IMG/VR virus record: IMGVR_UViG_2818991472_000001
Location: 91,260 to 155,259 of that record
Direction: 5' to 3' (one strand)
DNA: 64,000 nt
Origin: a virus
Lineage: Duplodnaviria; Caudoviricetes
Shown here: positions 1 to 8,841 of the stretch, in pieces
Position numbering within the stretch: the first letter of the stretch is position 1
Layout of the letters: every line of letters begins with the position of its first letter
Program-made: the position numbers and the translations under genes
The notes under the pieces: model-generated
What the model saw: the letters and a program-made list of their open reading frames with translations, nothing else
What the model was told of the DNA's origin: nothing
Database searches by the model: none

Positions 1-297
1 CTGCATCCGGGCGGCGTGGGCCTCCCGCGACTCCCAGACGGGGCGGTTCTGGCCCCGGCGGAACGCGCTGGTCCTGACGGCGAGCCCGTTGACGGTCATG
101 GCGGCGAGGAGGTTCTTCAGGGTGTAGTGGGAGACGGCCTTCTGTATCTGGTCCGACGTCACCAAGTCGCCCGGGTCGACGCCCTGGAGCAATGCGACCC
201 GGTAGGCGATCTCGGTCATGGACAGCGGCCCGGCGTCGGGCGCCGTCAGGACGGCCTCGACCTCGGCCTGAGTGGGCTTGATGATCATGCGGAGCAT
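1..297 (-). CDS. hypothetical protein, runs off the left edge (MLRMIIKPTQAEVEAVL...)
   Basis: ATG at 297 overlaps the TGA of the upstream gene; frame open to position 1. Confidence 0.6.
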   Translation of the reverse strand, partial: MLRMIIKPTQAEVEAVLTAPDAGPLSMTEIAYRVALLQGVDPGDLVTSDQIQKAVSHYTLKNLLAAMTVNGLAVRTSAFRRGQNRPVWESREAHAARMQ

Positions 298-881
298 CAG
301 TTCTCCTCGTTCCAGGCCCGGCCGCGCGGGCCCTCCTCGTGAGGGTCGTCGGGGTAGGGGTAGAAGGGCTCCTGCTCGGCGTCGAAGCCGTGCAGGTGGG
401 CGTGGTCGGCACGCATGATGTAGACGTCGGTGCCGCCGTCCTCGCCGGGGTGGTTGAAGCGGTAGTCCCAGCACGTCGAACCCTCGAAGTGGCTGCGGGA
501 GGCCAGCGGGGCGCAGGCGAAGTCCTCGGCCCAGTCGCGGGCGGCCTTGCGGCTGGCGGCCACGTGCAGGATGCCCTGGTCCATGTCGCCGACCACCCAG
601 GGCATCTCCCTGGTGCGGGTGCAGAGCAAGTGGCGGACGGTGTCGAGGTCGCCGTAGAAGCGGTTCTCGGCCTTGGGGTTCTTCAGGTCCTCGACGCGCC
701 ACTGCTCGATCGTGATGGTCAGGCCGCCGCGCGGGCGGTGGGCGTACATGGGAGTGATCTCGTACCGGCCGTCGCTGGTGCGGTAGTAGGTGAAGCCGAG
801 GCTGTCCTTGCGCCGCTTGAGGGCCCGGGGCTTGATCCGGGGCGGGAGCTTGCGGGGGGTCTCGATGGTCTCGGTGCTCAC
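297..881 (-). CDS. hypothetical phage protein
   Basis: GTG start overlaps the upstream stop (GTGA) after a GGAG RBS; GC3-rich frame. Confidence 0.7.
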   Translation of the reverse strand: MSTETIETPRKLPPRIKPRALKRRKDSLGFTYYRTSDGRYEITPMYAHRPRGGLTITIEQWRVEDLKNPKAENRFYGDLDTVRHLLCTRTREMPWVVGDMDQGILHVAASRKAARDWAEDFACAPLASRSHFEGSTCWDYRFNHPGEDGGTDVYIMRADHAHLHGFDAEQEPFYPYPDDPHEEGPRGRAWNEEN

Positions 882-1156
882 CGGGAGGTCTCCTTCTCGT
901 TCGGCTCGGCGCAGTCCTCGCACTGCTCGCCCTCGGGGTAGCCGGGGTGCTGGTGGCACTGGGGCTCGACGCGGACCTGCTCGCCCTCGGCGCGGTAGTA
1001 CTCGGCGATGCCCTCGGCGGCATCCGCGCTGGGGAAGCCGCCTTCGATGAGGCGGCCGTCGTCGGCGTCGTCGAAGACGCCGTAGGTCGGTCTGGTGGCG
1101 TCCGCCGTCTGAAGGTCGCGGACGGCTCGGTGCAGGCGGTCGTCGATGTCGTTCAC
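878..1156 (-). CDS. hypothetical protein with C-terminal Cys/His cluster
   Basis: VNDIDDRL...CHQH...CEDC; coupled start/stop at both ends. Confidence 0.65.
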   Translation of the reverse strand: MNDIDDRLHRAVRDLQTADATRPTYGVFDDADDGRLIEGGFPSADAAEGIAEYYRAEGEQVRVEPQCHQHPGYPEGEQCEDCAEPNEKETSR

Positions 1157-1728
1157 GGTCTGTCCTTGTTCGTCAACTCGCCCATGGTGGCGATGAGTTG
1201 CTGGATGGAGTCGTTGAGTTCGAGCATCGCGAGGGTCTGGGCCTCGCAGCGGAGCCCGTCCGCCACGGGGTTGGTCTCGTCGAAGCGGGCCGGTATCGCG
1301 GCGGCCTCCCGGAGCAGCTCGCGGGCCCTGTCCGCGCCGCTGCGCACCTGGTCGGGCTCCGGCCTGCTCGGCGTTCCGGTGCGGGAGCGCCACTGGGGGT
1401 CGGTCTCCTGGGCCAGCCACAGCCCACGCACCGGGGCGAAGGCGTCGGTCGTGGTGAACTCCCTGAGCCTGTCGAGCAGTTGGTTCGGCGTGGGGGCCGT
1501 CCAGCGGCCGGGCTCGCCGCTGTGGCGGGTCATCCAGGCGGCCAGTCCGGGGATGGTGAAGTGCTGGGTGCTGATCTCCGCCGCCCACGCCTGCTCGGGG
1601 TGGTGGGCGGGCGGGTGGACGGAGAAGACCACGTCGGCAACGACGGCGTAGAGGACCTGGAACCGGGCGTCGGGCAGGCTGCTCTGGCCGGTGATCGGGT
1701 GCTGCTGCAGCAGGACCGGGGTACTCAT
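1153..1728 (-). CDS. hypothetical protein, paralog of 1725..2351
   Basis: MSTPVLLQQHPITG...; ATGA overlap; shared N-terminal domain. Confidence 0.7.
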   Translation of the reverse strand: MSTPVLLQQHPITGQSSLPDARFQVLYAVVADVVFSVHPPAHHPEQAWAAEISTQHFTIPGLAAWMTRHSGEPGRWTAPTPNQLLDRLREFTTTDAFAPVRGLWLAQETDPQWRSRTGTPSRPEPDQVRSGADRARELLREAAAIPARFDETNPVADGLRCEAQTLAMLELNDSIQQLIATMGELTNKDRP

Positions 1729-2351
1729 GCCAGCCGCTCCCGGGCGATCTCCTTGAGCTGGGCGAGCATGTCGGCGTGCTTGCGGACCGGGCCGACCTCG
1801 TCCAGGCCCGCGCGGATCGTCCAGCCGTTGTCGAGGTCGCGGCCGGAGCGGTAGCCGGACTGGCTGCGGGCCTCGGCGACCACGTGGTGGGCCTCGGGGG
1901 TGCCGTCGGTGTCGAGGCCGGAGTAGGGCCGGGGGTCGTTGGCGACGGCCTGGTAGTGGTGCGCGTCGACGCGCACGACGCGCAGCGGCTCGGGCACCTT
2001 GGCCGGGTCGATCTCCAGGCGCTGCCAGCGGTAGCGCACGGCGGGGAAGGCGGCGGAGTCGCAGAAGAGCAGGAGGCGCCCGACGACGCTGTCCACGGTC
2101 GGGCCGGACCACGTCGGCGGCCGGTCGTCGGTGTCCCGCAGCCACTGCCTGCGCCCGATCTCGGTCAGGTGCTCGGTGGCGATCACGGCGGTGCGGGACT
2201 TCCCGGGGTTCCTCGGGGCGGAGATGGTGAAGACCACGCCGTCCAGGTCGGCGTACACGAGGGGCTCGGCGTGCCGGGAGCGGCTGGTCTCGCCGGTGAG
2301 CGGGTGTCTGCGGCTGAGGTGGAGGCCGGTGGCGGTGGTGATCATGGGCAT
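1725..2351 (-). CDS. hypothetical protein, paralog of 1153..1728
   Basis: AAGGA RBS; HPLTG...VY...VVF pattern shared with the neighbour. Confidence 0.7.
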   Translation of the reverse strand: MPMITTATGLHLSRRHPLTGETSRSRHAEPLVYADLDGVVFTISAPRNPGKSRTAVIATEHLTEIGRRQWLRDTDDRPPTWSGPTVDSVVGRLLLFCDSAAFPAVRYRWQRLEIDPAKVPEPLRVVRVDAHHYQAVANDPRPYSGLDTDGTPEAHHVVAEARSQSGYRSGRDLDNGWTIRAGLDEVGPVRKHADMLAQLKEIARERLA

Positions 2352-2395
2352 GGGGTGGTCCTTGTCCGGGGCCCGCCCGGCGCGGCGGGCGGGGA

Positions 2396-2728
2396 TCAGA
2401 TGGGCAGCGTCGGGGCGGAGTCGTCGGTCGGCGGGGCGGGGTCCGGGGGGAGGCTGCCGCGTGCGATCCGGGCCTGGTGGCGCACCCTGCGCAGGTGGTT
2501 GACCAGCACAGGGGCGTAGGCCAGGGCGGCTTGCTCGTCGAGCAGGTGGTTCAGGATCTGCGCGTACCGGGAGGCGGAGATGCCGAGCTGCTCCCGGATC
2601 TGGCTCTCCTTGGTCCCCCGGTTGTGCGGCCCCCAGCTGCCGCTGCGCTCGAAGTCGAGCACCGCGCGCTGGAAGTCGAACAGGCCGTCGGGGCCGCGTA
2701 CGGGCAGGTCCTCATCGGCCGGGGTCAC
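2396..2728 (-). CDS. DUF3263 family protein
   Basis: VLDFER...W...GTKESQIREQLGISASRYAQILNHLLD...ALAYAPVLVNHLRR matches the DUF3263 pattern. Confidence 0.85.
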   Translation of the reverse strand: MTPADEDLPVRGPDGLFDFQRAVLDFERSGSWGPHNRGTKESQIREQLGISASRYAQILNHLLDEQAALAYAPVLVNHLRRVRHQARIARGSLPPDPAPPTDDSAPTLPI

Positions 2729-3756
2729 CGCCTGCTCAGGCGCAGCAGCGCCGGGGCGGAGGAGTCAGTGAGGGAGTGCTGGAGCAGCGGGCCGGGGCTG
2801 TGGCGGCGCATCGGGGTGACGGCCGTGTAGGCGTCGGTGTCGAAGCGCAGCAGCGTGAGGTGTCGGCCATCGGTGTCTATGGCGCGCTGGCCGGTCCGGA
2901 ACGCGGAGGGCTGCTCGAAGTCGGCGGTGCGGGCGAGGACCGGCATGGTCAGGTGCTGGTGGTGCCAGTCCGAGAAGCGCTCTCCGAGGACCCGGGAGTG
3001 GTGCGCCCAGGGGTAGACGGAGGGGGCGGCGATCCGGCCGAAGACCCCCGAGTAGCCGGGCTGGCCCGGGACGTCATGGACGACGTCGTCCAGGGCCAGC
3101 AGGCCGCCGCCGGGCAGCGGGATCACGTCGCCGGGCTGCAGGTCGGCGACCGGCTTGGCCGGGTAGGCCCGGCCGTCGACGTACAGGTGCGGCCGGTCGG
3201 CGGCCGGGGAGTAGACGTACCAGTGGTCGCGCAGGTGCTCGGTGGCGGTGACCGCCTTGTCGACGGCCAGGGTGCTGGTGGGGCGGTTCAGCGAGTTGAC
3301 CCAGGCGGTGCCGTCGAAGGTGAACTCGGTCCGGGCCCAGGAGGCGGTGCTGGTGGCCCACTGCGACAGGATGCGGTCGCCGGTGGCCGGGTTCTTGGGC
3401 ACGCGGGCCTCGGGAACGTCCGGGACCAGGTCCGGGGCGAGGAGCAGCGGGATGCCGTTCGTGGCCCGGACCTGGACGGGACGGTCTCCGGGAAGGATGA
3501 GCAAGGTGTCGTTGCCGCCCATGACCGGGCGCTGACGGATGGCCACGGAGTGGGCGTTCGACAGGGAGGTGGTGTCGACGACGACCATCGCGCAGATGAT
3601 CGACGGGGTAGCGGAGGCGACGATGACCTGACCGGCGGTCAGCTCCTTGGCGAGGAGCTGAGCAGCGGTGCTCCAGCGGAGGGCTTCGATGGTGGCAGTG
3701 CAGAAGCCGTGCTGGTGCCGGGTGTGCGTCGCGTCCGCCTGCTGGGCAGGCAGCAT
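2725..3756 (-). CDS. hypothetical protein, first gene of the leftward operon
   Basis: ATG 3756 after AAGGGA; downstream of an operator-containing promoter. Confidence 0.7.
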   Translation of the reverse strand: MLPAQQADATHTRHQHGFCTATIEALRWSTAAQLLAKELTAGQVIVASATPSIICAMVVVDTTSLSNAHSVAIRQRPVMGGNDTLLILPGDRPVQVRATNGIPLLLAPDLVPDVPEARVPKNPATGDRILSQWATSTASWARTEFTFDGTAWVNSLNRPTSTLAVDKAVTATEHLRDHWYVYSPAADRPHLYVDGRAYPAKPVADLQPGDVIPLPGGGLLALDDVVHDVPGQPGYSGVFGRIAAPSVYPWAHHSRVLGERFSDWHHQHLTMPVLARTADFEQPSAFRTGQRAIDTDGRHLTLLRFDTDAYTAVTPMRRHSPGPLLQHSLTDSSAPALLRLSRR

Positions 3757-3806
3757 GGCGTTGTCCCTTTGGCAGAGGGGTGAACTTCCTTGGCAAGAAC
3801 ACCGTA

Positions 3807-3822
3807 ACCCAGATATCTGGGT
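3807..3822 (-). promoter_or_regulatory. operator motif A, copy 1, in promoter spacer
   Basis: perfect palindrome ACCCAGATATCTGGGT within TTGCGG-N18-TACGGT (minus strand). Confidence 0.7.
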
Positions 3823-3890
3823 GACCGCAATGCCAATTCGGGGAATTCTGTCTTCTGGGCCGGGACGTGCGCCAGCCAGCTGCGCAGCTC

Positions 3891-4400
3891 TCACCAGTCC
3901 AGGGAGAACCAGACGACCTTGGTGTCGCCGCGCTTCACGACGCCCCACTCCTCCGCCATGGCCTCGACCAGGAGCAGCCCCCGGCCACCCACCAGCCCCT
4001 CACCGTCGGCGCCGTCGATGTCCTCGAAGCTGACCGGCTCGGACGCCTGCGCGGGCACCGCGACCTTGTCGGCGGACTCGGGGTCGCCGTCGATGACCTC
4101 GATCAGCACCCGGGCGTCGGCGCGCAGTTCGGCGCGCACCACGACCTTCGCTTCGTCGCCTTCCGGGTCGTCGGCGTGGCGGACGCTGTTGGTGATGATC
4201 TCGGACAGCAGGAGCACTGCCGTCTCGATGACCCGCGTGATCCCGTGCCACTGCGTCAGGCGCTGGCGCAGGTCGTCGCGGGCGACACCGACGCTCTCGG
4301 GATGGGCGGGGTAGGGGCGCCGGTACGGCTGGAATCCGTCGGGGTTGGCGCGCGCCAGTCTGTTGCTGGCGGCCTTCGCGGTCTGGCTCACAAGTCTCAC
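3891..4400 (-). CDS. HATPase_c-like ATP-binding/anti-sigma-type protein of WhiJ-like clusters
   Basis: LLLSEIITNSVRHA, IEVIDG, GGRGLLLVEAMAEEWGV, KVVWF. Confidence 0.85.
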   Translation of the reverse strand: MRLVSQTAKAASNRLARANPDGFQPYRRPYPAHPESVGVARDDLRQRLTQWHGITRVIETAVLLLSEIITNSVRHADDPEGDEAKVVVRAELRADARVLIEVIDGDPESADKVAVPAQASEPVSFEDIDGADGEGLVGGRGLLLVEAMAEEWGVVKRGDTKVVWFSLDW

Positions 4401-4607
4401 GCTCCAGGGGCGTACGAGTGGAACCGGGCATCACCCACCCTGGCCCGACGTGCGCACAGCGTGAGCGTCTCCAATACCCACGGTCCCGCAAGATCCGCGA
4501 AACTGCAACAATGTCAGCTGAACGAATGTCATTTCGATAGTGGAGTTTGACGCTTCGACACGTCAGACTGATCCTTGGACACCGGACGAGACCAGGGAGA
4601 CAACGGG

Positions 4608-5468
4608 ATGGCGTACGAGGGCGTTCCAACGGTTCGCAAGCGCCTGCTCGGCTACCACCTGCGGCAACTCCGCGAAGCGGAGGGTCTGAAGTGGGAGGAC
4701 ACCGCTGCTCGACTGCAGGTCGCCAAGCCGACCGTCATGCGCCAGGAGAGCGGCCACAGCGCGGTCTCCAGCGCCAACCTTGAAGTCCTCCTCGACTTCT
4801 ACAAGGTCGGCGACCTGGACAAGCGCTCCCGTCTGGAGGCGTTCCGTCAGCACGGCCGCAAGCGGGGCACCTGGCACGCCTTCGGCACGGAGATCGGCCC
4901 GACCCTGCGGGACCTGGCCGACGCCGAGTCCATCGCCACCAGCATCCTGTGGTGGGAACTCGGGGTCATCCCGGGCATTCTGCAGACCGACGAGTACGCC
5001 GAGGCCACACTGCGCGGCGCCAGCGTTCAGGCCACCAACGACGAAACGTTGCGCGAACTGGCGCACCTGCGCCGTGAACGCAGGCATACCCTGGAGAAGG
5101 ACGGTGCTCCCGAGGCGTGGTTCATCCTCGGTGAGGCCGCTCTGAGGACCAGGACCGGCGGCCCTGGGAAGGCCGTGATGGAGACTCAGATCCGCTACCT
5201 GCTCGACATCAGCGAGCAGCCCCACGTGAACATCCAGGTCGTGCCGTTCGCCGCCGGAGCCCACCCAGGCGTGGCAGGCAGCTTCACCCTGCTCGGGTTC
5301 GACCAGGTCCTGACCTACCAAGCCCTGTACTTCGAGACGGCCGGGATCATCACCGATGAGGAGAAGTTGGTGGGGGAGAACCAGGCAAGGTTCACTCGCC
5401 TGCGGTCCCAAGCCGAGTCGACTCAGCAGAGCCGGAAATTCCTCCGGGAAGTTCTCGCTACTCTGTGA
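4608..5468 (+). CDS. XRE helix-turn-helix/DUF5753 regulator (WhiJ-like)
   Basis: PTVRKRLLGYHLRQLRE, IPGILQTDEYA, LGEAAL, VNIQVVPFAAGAHPG. Confidence 0.9.
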   Translation: MAYEGVPTVRKRLLGYHLRQLREAEGLKWEDTAARLQVAKPTVMRQESGHSAVSSANLEVLLDFYKVGDLDKRSRLEAFRQHGRKRGTWHAFGTEIGPTLRDLADAESIATSILWWELGVIPGILQTDEYAEATLRGASVQATNDETLRELAHLRRERRHTLEKDGAPEAWFILGEAALRTRTGGPGKAVMETQIRYLLDISEQPHVNIQVVPFAAGAHPGVAGSFTLLGFDQVLTYQALYFETAGIITDEEKLVGENQARFTRLRSQAESTQQSRKFLREVLATL

Positions 5469-5497
5469 GTCAACTCGCAAGTACGAAGGGCTCTCCA

Positions 5498-5734
5498 GTG
5501 AACACACCATCCCAGGGGTACAAGCAGTGGCGCATCTCGTCGGAATCGGGCGGTGACCAGGGGTCTTGCGTCGATGTCGGCCTCGGCGACCTCGACGCCG
5601 AGACCGAGGAAGTCGCGTTCCGGGACAGCACGCTCCAGGGTAGGGGGCCGGTCCTCGGCTTCCCTGCGTCCGCAGTGACCGCGCTGACGGGCGCAATCAA
5701 GGTCAGGGGCAGCCGTCTCGCGGGCGGCTTCTGA
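5498..5734 (+). CDS. DUF397 protein, copy 1
   Basis: WRISSES...CVDV...FRDS...GPVLGF; follows the XRE gene. Confidence 0.85.
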   Translation: MNTPSQGYKQWRISSESGGDQGSCVDVGLGDLDAETEEVAFRDSTLQGRGPVLGFPASAVTALTGAIKVRGSRLAGGF

Positions 5735-5752
5735 CCAGTGCGCAACCAGAAT

Positions 5753-5787
5753 GGTGGCCCCCGGCGCGCGATTCGCCGGGGGCCACC
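5753..5787 (+). terminator. intrinsic terminator-like hairpin
   Basis: 14-bp stem GGTGGCCCCCGGCG/CGCCGGGGGCCACC after the DUF397 stop. Confidence 0.65.
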
Positions 5788-5927
5788 CCTGTTTCTACCC
5801 CATCGGGCCGTCAGAGCCTCTCATACCCGTTTGAAGATGCATGGTCACATTCCGGCGATAGACGATCCCGCCCGGGGCATTCTCGCTACGCTGTGAGTCG
5901 CAACCCGCGAGAGCGAAGGGCGTTCCG

Positions 5928-6161
5928 GTGACACCGTCTCAGGGCTACAACCAGTGGCACATCTCGTCCCACTCCAACGGGGATCAAGGCGGCTGCGTCG
6001 ATGTCGGTATCGACGCAGCCGCCCCCGAGGCCGAGGAGATGGCCATCCGGGACAGCACGCTCCAGGGCAGCGGGCCGGTCCTCGGCTTCCCCGCCTCCGC
6101 CGTCAGCGCCCTCACCAGCGCCGTGAAGACGAAGGGCCACCGTCTCGCGGGCGGCTTCTGA
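5928..6161 (+). CDS. DUF397 protein, copy 2 (tandem duplicate)
   Basis: WHISSHS...CVDV...IRDSTLQGSGPVLGFPASAV, close to copy 1. Confidence 0.85.
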   Translation: MTPSQGYNQWHISSHSNGDQGGCVDVGIDAAAPEAEEMAIRDSTLQGSGPVLGFPASAVSALTSAVKTKGHRLAGGF

Positions 6162-6185
6162 CCAGCACGGCAACAGAAACGGTGG

Positions 6186-6530
6186 TCACGGCTGGTCCCG
6201 TACCCGAGCAGCGCGGTTGGCGATCTCGCTGGAGACCGGCTTGTAGTTGGCCAGGGCGGCCTCCACCGTGGCGCGGTAGGTGGCCAAGGCGGCCTCGAAG
6301 GTCGCCTCGGCGCCGGTCATCTCCTGGTGGGCATCGGCGATCCGGTGGCGAGCGGCCTGCAGGGCGGCCTGCCACTGCTCGCGCTCGGCGTCGGTGGCCG
6401 GGACGGTGCCAGGCAAGTCGGTGAGCGCGAGCAGCGGGTGGGTGAGGTCGAAGGTGACCTCGGCCCGGTTGCCGACGTAGGCCAGCTCCTCCACGGGGTT
6501 GAGCTGCTTCGGCTTCCAGCTGTCGGTCAC
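6186..6530 (-). CDS. helical hypothetical protein, paralog of the N-terminal part of 6527..7747
   Basis: GTGA-coupled start; ATxxExExW...FExALxxY pattern shared. Confidence 0.65.
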   Translation of the reverse strand: MTDSWKPKQLNPVEELAYVGNRAEVTFDLTHPLLALTDLPGTVPATDAEREQWQAALQAARHRIADAHQEMTGAEATFEAALATYRATVEAALANYKPVSSEIANRAARVRDQP

Positions 6531-7747
6531 TGGGACTCCTTGGCGAGCTGCTGGGCCTGAAGGGCCTTGTACTCCTCCGCCTCGGCCACGGTCATCCTGG
6601 TGATGAAGAAGTCGGCGCTGTGCCTGTCGCGGATCATCTTGTGGCCGTGCTCCTGGATGCGCGCGGCGACCCACTCGTACTCGTTGGCGACATCGGGCAG
6701 CTGGCCGGAGGCGAGGTCGGAGCTGGCGGCCCGCACTCCCCCCTCGAAGGTGTAGCTCACCGGGACCTGCTCGGCGGCCTTGACCGCCCTGAAGGTCTGG
6801 GCGTTGCGAGGCGGGTGAACGTGGAACCCAGACGTCAACGTGTCGGCGTTGTAGAGCGCCGCTCCCATTCGGGTGAGCAGCGCCTTCACGTCGTCCATGC
6901 CGATCTTCGGGCGGGTGTGGAGCCGCTCGTGCTCGGCGTCGTCGATGGCCTGCTGAGCCTTGGCTCGCCAGGCCGGGGCGTGGTCGCCGAGGCAGTCGAG
7001 GGCGGTGGCGGCGGCCTTGCAGCGGCGGCACCACTTGACGGGGAGCTTGGTGCCGGTCGGGCACCCCCGGCGGGGTCCGTCGTGCCGGGAGTTGTAGACC
7101 TCGTCCGCGCCGGTGACGGCGAGGTCGCCGATGTCCTCCAGCCGGACCCCGGGAAGGGACTTCTTGGCGACGGCCGGGCAGGCGGCGGTGTGGATGGTCG
7201 GGACGAGAGCGTCGGCGGGGAAGCTCTCAGAGATGTCGATCTTGGGCCGGGCGATCACCCAGTCCCGGCTGCCGAGCACCGCATCTTCGGCAGCCAGTTG
7301 CTGCTCGGCCTGGCGCCCCTGTTCCGCTTCGGCGCGCTCGCGTTCGGCTTCGAGGCTGGCGGCCATCTCCTCGTAGCGGGCGGCGATAGGCTCTCCGGCG
7401 TGCTGCTGGTACAGGCGCTCGGCCGCTCCTACGCGGTCCTGGTACCGCTGCAGGGCGAGTTCGAAGACCTTCTCGTGGACCTTCAGGTCAGCCAGAGCCT
7501 CGTCAACCATCTCGGTGTAGACGTCGTGGGCGGTGGCCCAGATCTCGACCTCGACCCTGGTGGCCTGGATCGGCCCCTCGCCGCTGCGCGCGTCGTACTC
7601 GTCCAGGGCGACGTCGACGGCCTGCTCGCGAAGGGCGGCGGTGACGAGGCGGAGCTTGCCCAGACGGCCCTGGGTCAGGTCGGAGTCGTAGTCCGTGCGG
7701 TCATCCGTGGTCGTGCGCCACAGCAGGGGGCGCTGGTCGGTGTCCAT
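6527..7747 (-). CDS. hypothetical protein with coiled coil and His/Cys motif
   Basis: 406-aa ORF; IHTAAC...CRRC; start 7 nt after a -10 element (probably leaderless). Confidence 0.75.
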   Translation of the reverse strand: MDTDQRPLLWRTTTDDRTDYDSDLTQGRLGKLRLVTAALREQAVDVALDEYDARSGEGPIQATRVEVEIWATAHDVYTEMVDEALADLKVHEKVFELALQRYQDRVGAAERLYQQHAGEPIAARYEEMAASLEAERERAEAEQGRQAEQQLAAEDAVLGSRDWVIARPKIDISESFPADALVPTIHTAACPAVAKKSLPGVRLEDIGDLAVTGADEVYNSRHDGPRRGCPTGTKLPVKWCRRCKAAATALDCLGDHAPAWRAKAQQAIDDAEHERLHTRPKIGMDDVKALLTRMGAALYNADTLTSGFHVHPPRNAQTFRAVKAAEQVPVSYTFEGGVRAASSDLASGQLPDVANEYEWVAARIQEHGHKMIRDRHSADFFITRMTVAEAEEYKALQAQQLAKESQ

Positions 7748-7758
7748 GGCCCGGAATC

Positions 7759-7796
7759 TAGTACACCCACAAGAGCATGCGCAAGTGAGTTCACTA
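7759..7796 (-). promoter_or_regulatory. operator/promoter motif B, copy 1
   Basis: minus strand TAGTGAACT-CAC-TTGCGC-N18-TAGATT. Confidence 0.65.
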
Positions 7797-7802
7797 AACC
7801 TG

Positions 7803-8732
7803 TCAGGCCGCCAGCCCCGACTCGCGGCTCTGCAGCACCCCCAGCCGCATGCACTCCATCCTGACCGGCATCGGACCCGGCCAGCCCGGCCAGGCCGACA
7901 GGACGCCGTTCGCTGTCCTGATCCCGCGCCGCCACGCCTTGTGCAGCCCGATCTCCTGGAGCGTCACCCCGGCGCGCAGGGAGACGCCGTGGCGGTGGTT
8001 CGCGGCCAGCGTCACCCACATCCCGACCCTGCCCCCGGTCAGCCCGGCGGTCAGCGAGGCCCGGCCGCCGCTCTCCCACTGTCGGACCGCCCGCGCGGCC
8101 ACCGGGGACAGGTCGACGCGCTCGCGCTCCCCGAGCCCCTCCACCCGCTGCGGATTGCGCTGCAGCCAGACGCTGCGCCGGTCGGCCCCGAAGTCGTCGG
8201 GGAAGAGCGCGGCCAGCTCCCCCGACCGGGGCGCCGACTCGACCACGACGTGCGCCATGGCGACGAAGCGCTGCCACTCCAGCGACCCGGTGGGGCGCTG
8301 AGCGTGCTGGAGCAGCAGGCCCTGGAACATGCGCAGCTGCTGGCCGGAGACCGGCTGCTGGGCTTCCCAGTCGTACGGGACGTACTCGGTGATCTCGATC
8401 CCGGCCTGGGCCGCCAGCCGCTCGACCCACAGTGTCCGGACGTTGCCGCTGTTCGAGGTGGACGAGTCCTTGGCCGGGCGCCGCGAAGGGTCGCGGAAGG
8501 CCCCTTCCTTCGCCAGCCGCCGGAACTCGGCCTGGCCCCGGCCGGTGAGCAGGGCCGACAGGCTGACCTCGGTCTCGGGGGGCAGCTCTCCCGAGGTCAC
8601 GGCCCGCTCCAGCTGACGGACGACCATGTTCAGCTGCCGCGCCTGCTCCTTGCTCCACTCCTGGGAGGCGAGGAGGCGTGCGTGCACGCTGGCCAGTTCG
8701 GCCAGGGAGATCGGCTGCTGCCCGCTGCTCAT
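7803..8732 (-). CDS. tyrosine-recombinase-fold protein lacking C-terminal catalytic motifs
   Basis: RFVAMAHVVVESAPRSGELAAL (box I) and RVDLSPVAARAVRQW; ends at ECMR with no HxxR...Y. Confidence 0.6.
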   Translation of the reverse strand: MSSGQQPISLAELASVHARLLASQEWSKEQARQLNMVVRQLERAVTSGELPPETEVSLSALLTGRGQAEFRRLAKEGAFRDPSRRPAKDSSTSNSGNVRTLWVERLAAQAGIEITEYVPYDWEAQQPVSGQQLRMFQGLLLQHAQRPTGSLEWQRFVAMAHVVVESAPRSGELAALFPDDFGADRRSVWLQRNPQRVEGLGERERVDLSPVAARAVRQWESGGRASLTAGLTGGRVGMWVTLAANHRHGVSLRAGVTLQEIGLHKAWRRGIRTANGVLSAWPGWPGPMPVRMECMRLGVLQSRESGLAA

Positions 8733-8779
8733 GGAACAACACTAGGCGGCGGCTGCCGGGCCGCGCCAAGAAGTCACGT

Positions 8780-8821
8780 GCGCTGAGCCCCTCCGGTCCG
8801 GGTCCGGGAGGGGCTCAGCGC
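8780..8821. terminator. hairpin between the HA-repeat gene and the recombinase-like gene
   Basis: GCGCTGAGCCCCTCC...GGAGGGGCTCAGCGC. Confidence 0.6.
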
Positions 8822-8841
8822 TGTGCGGGTTCCGGCTGTGG

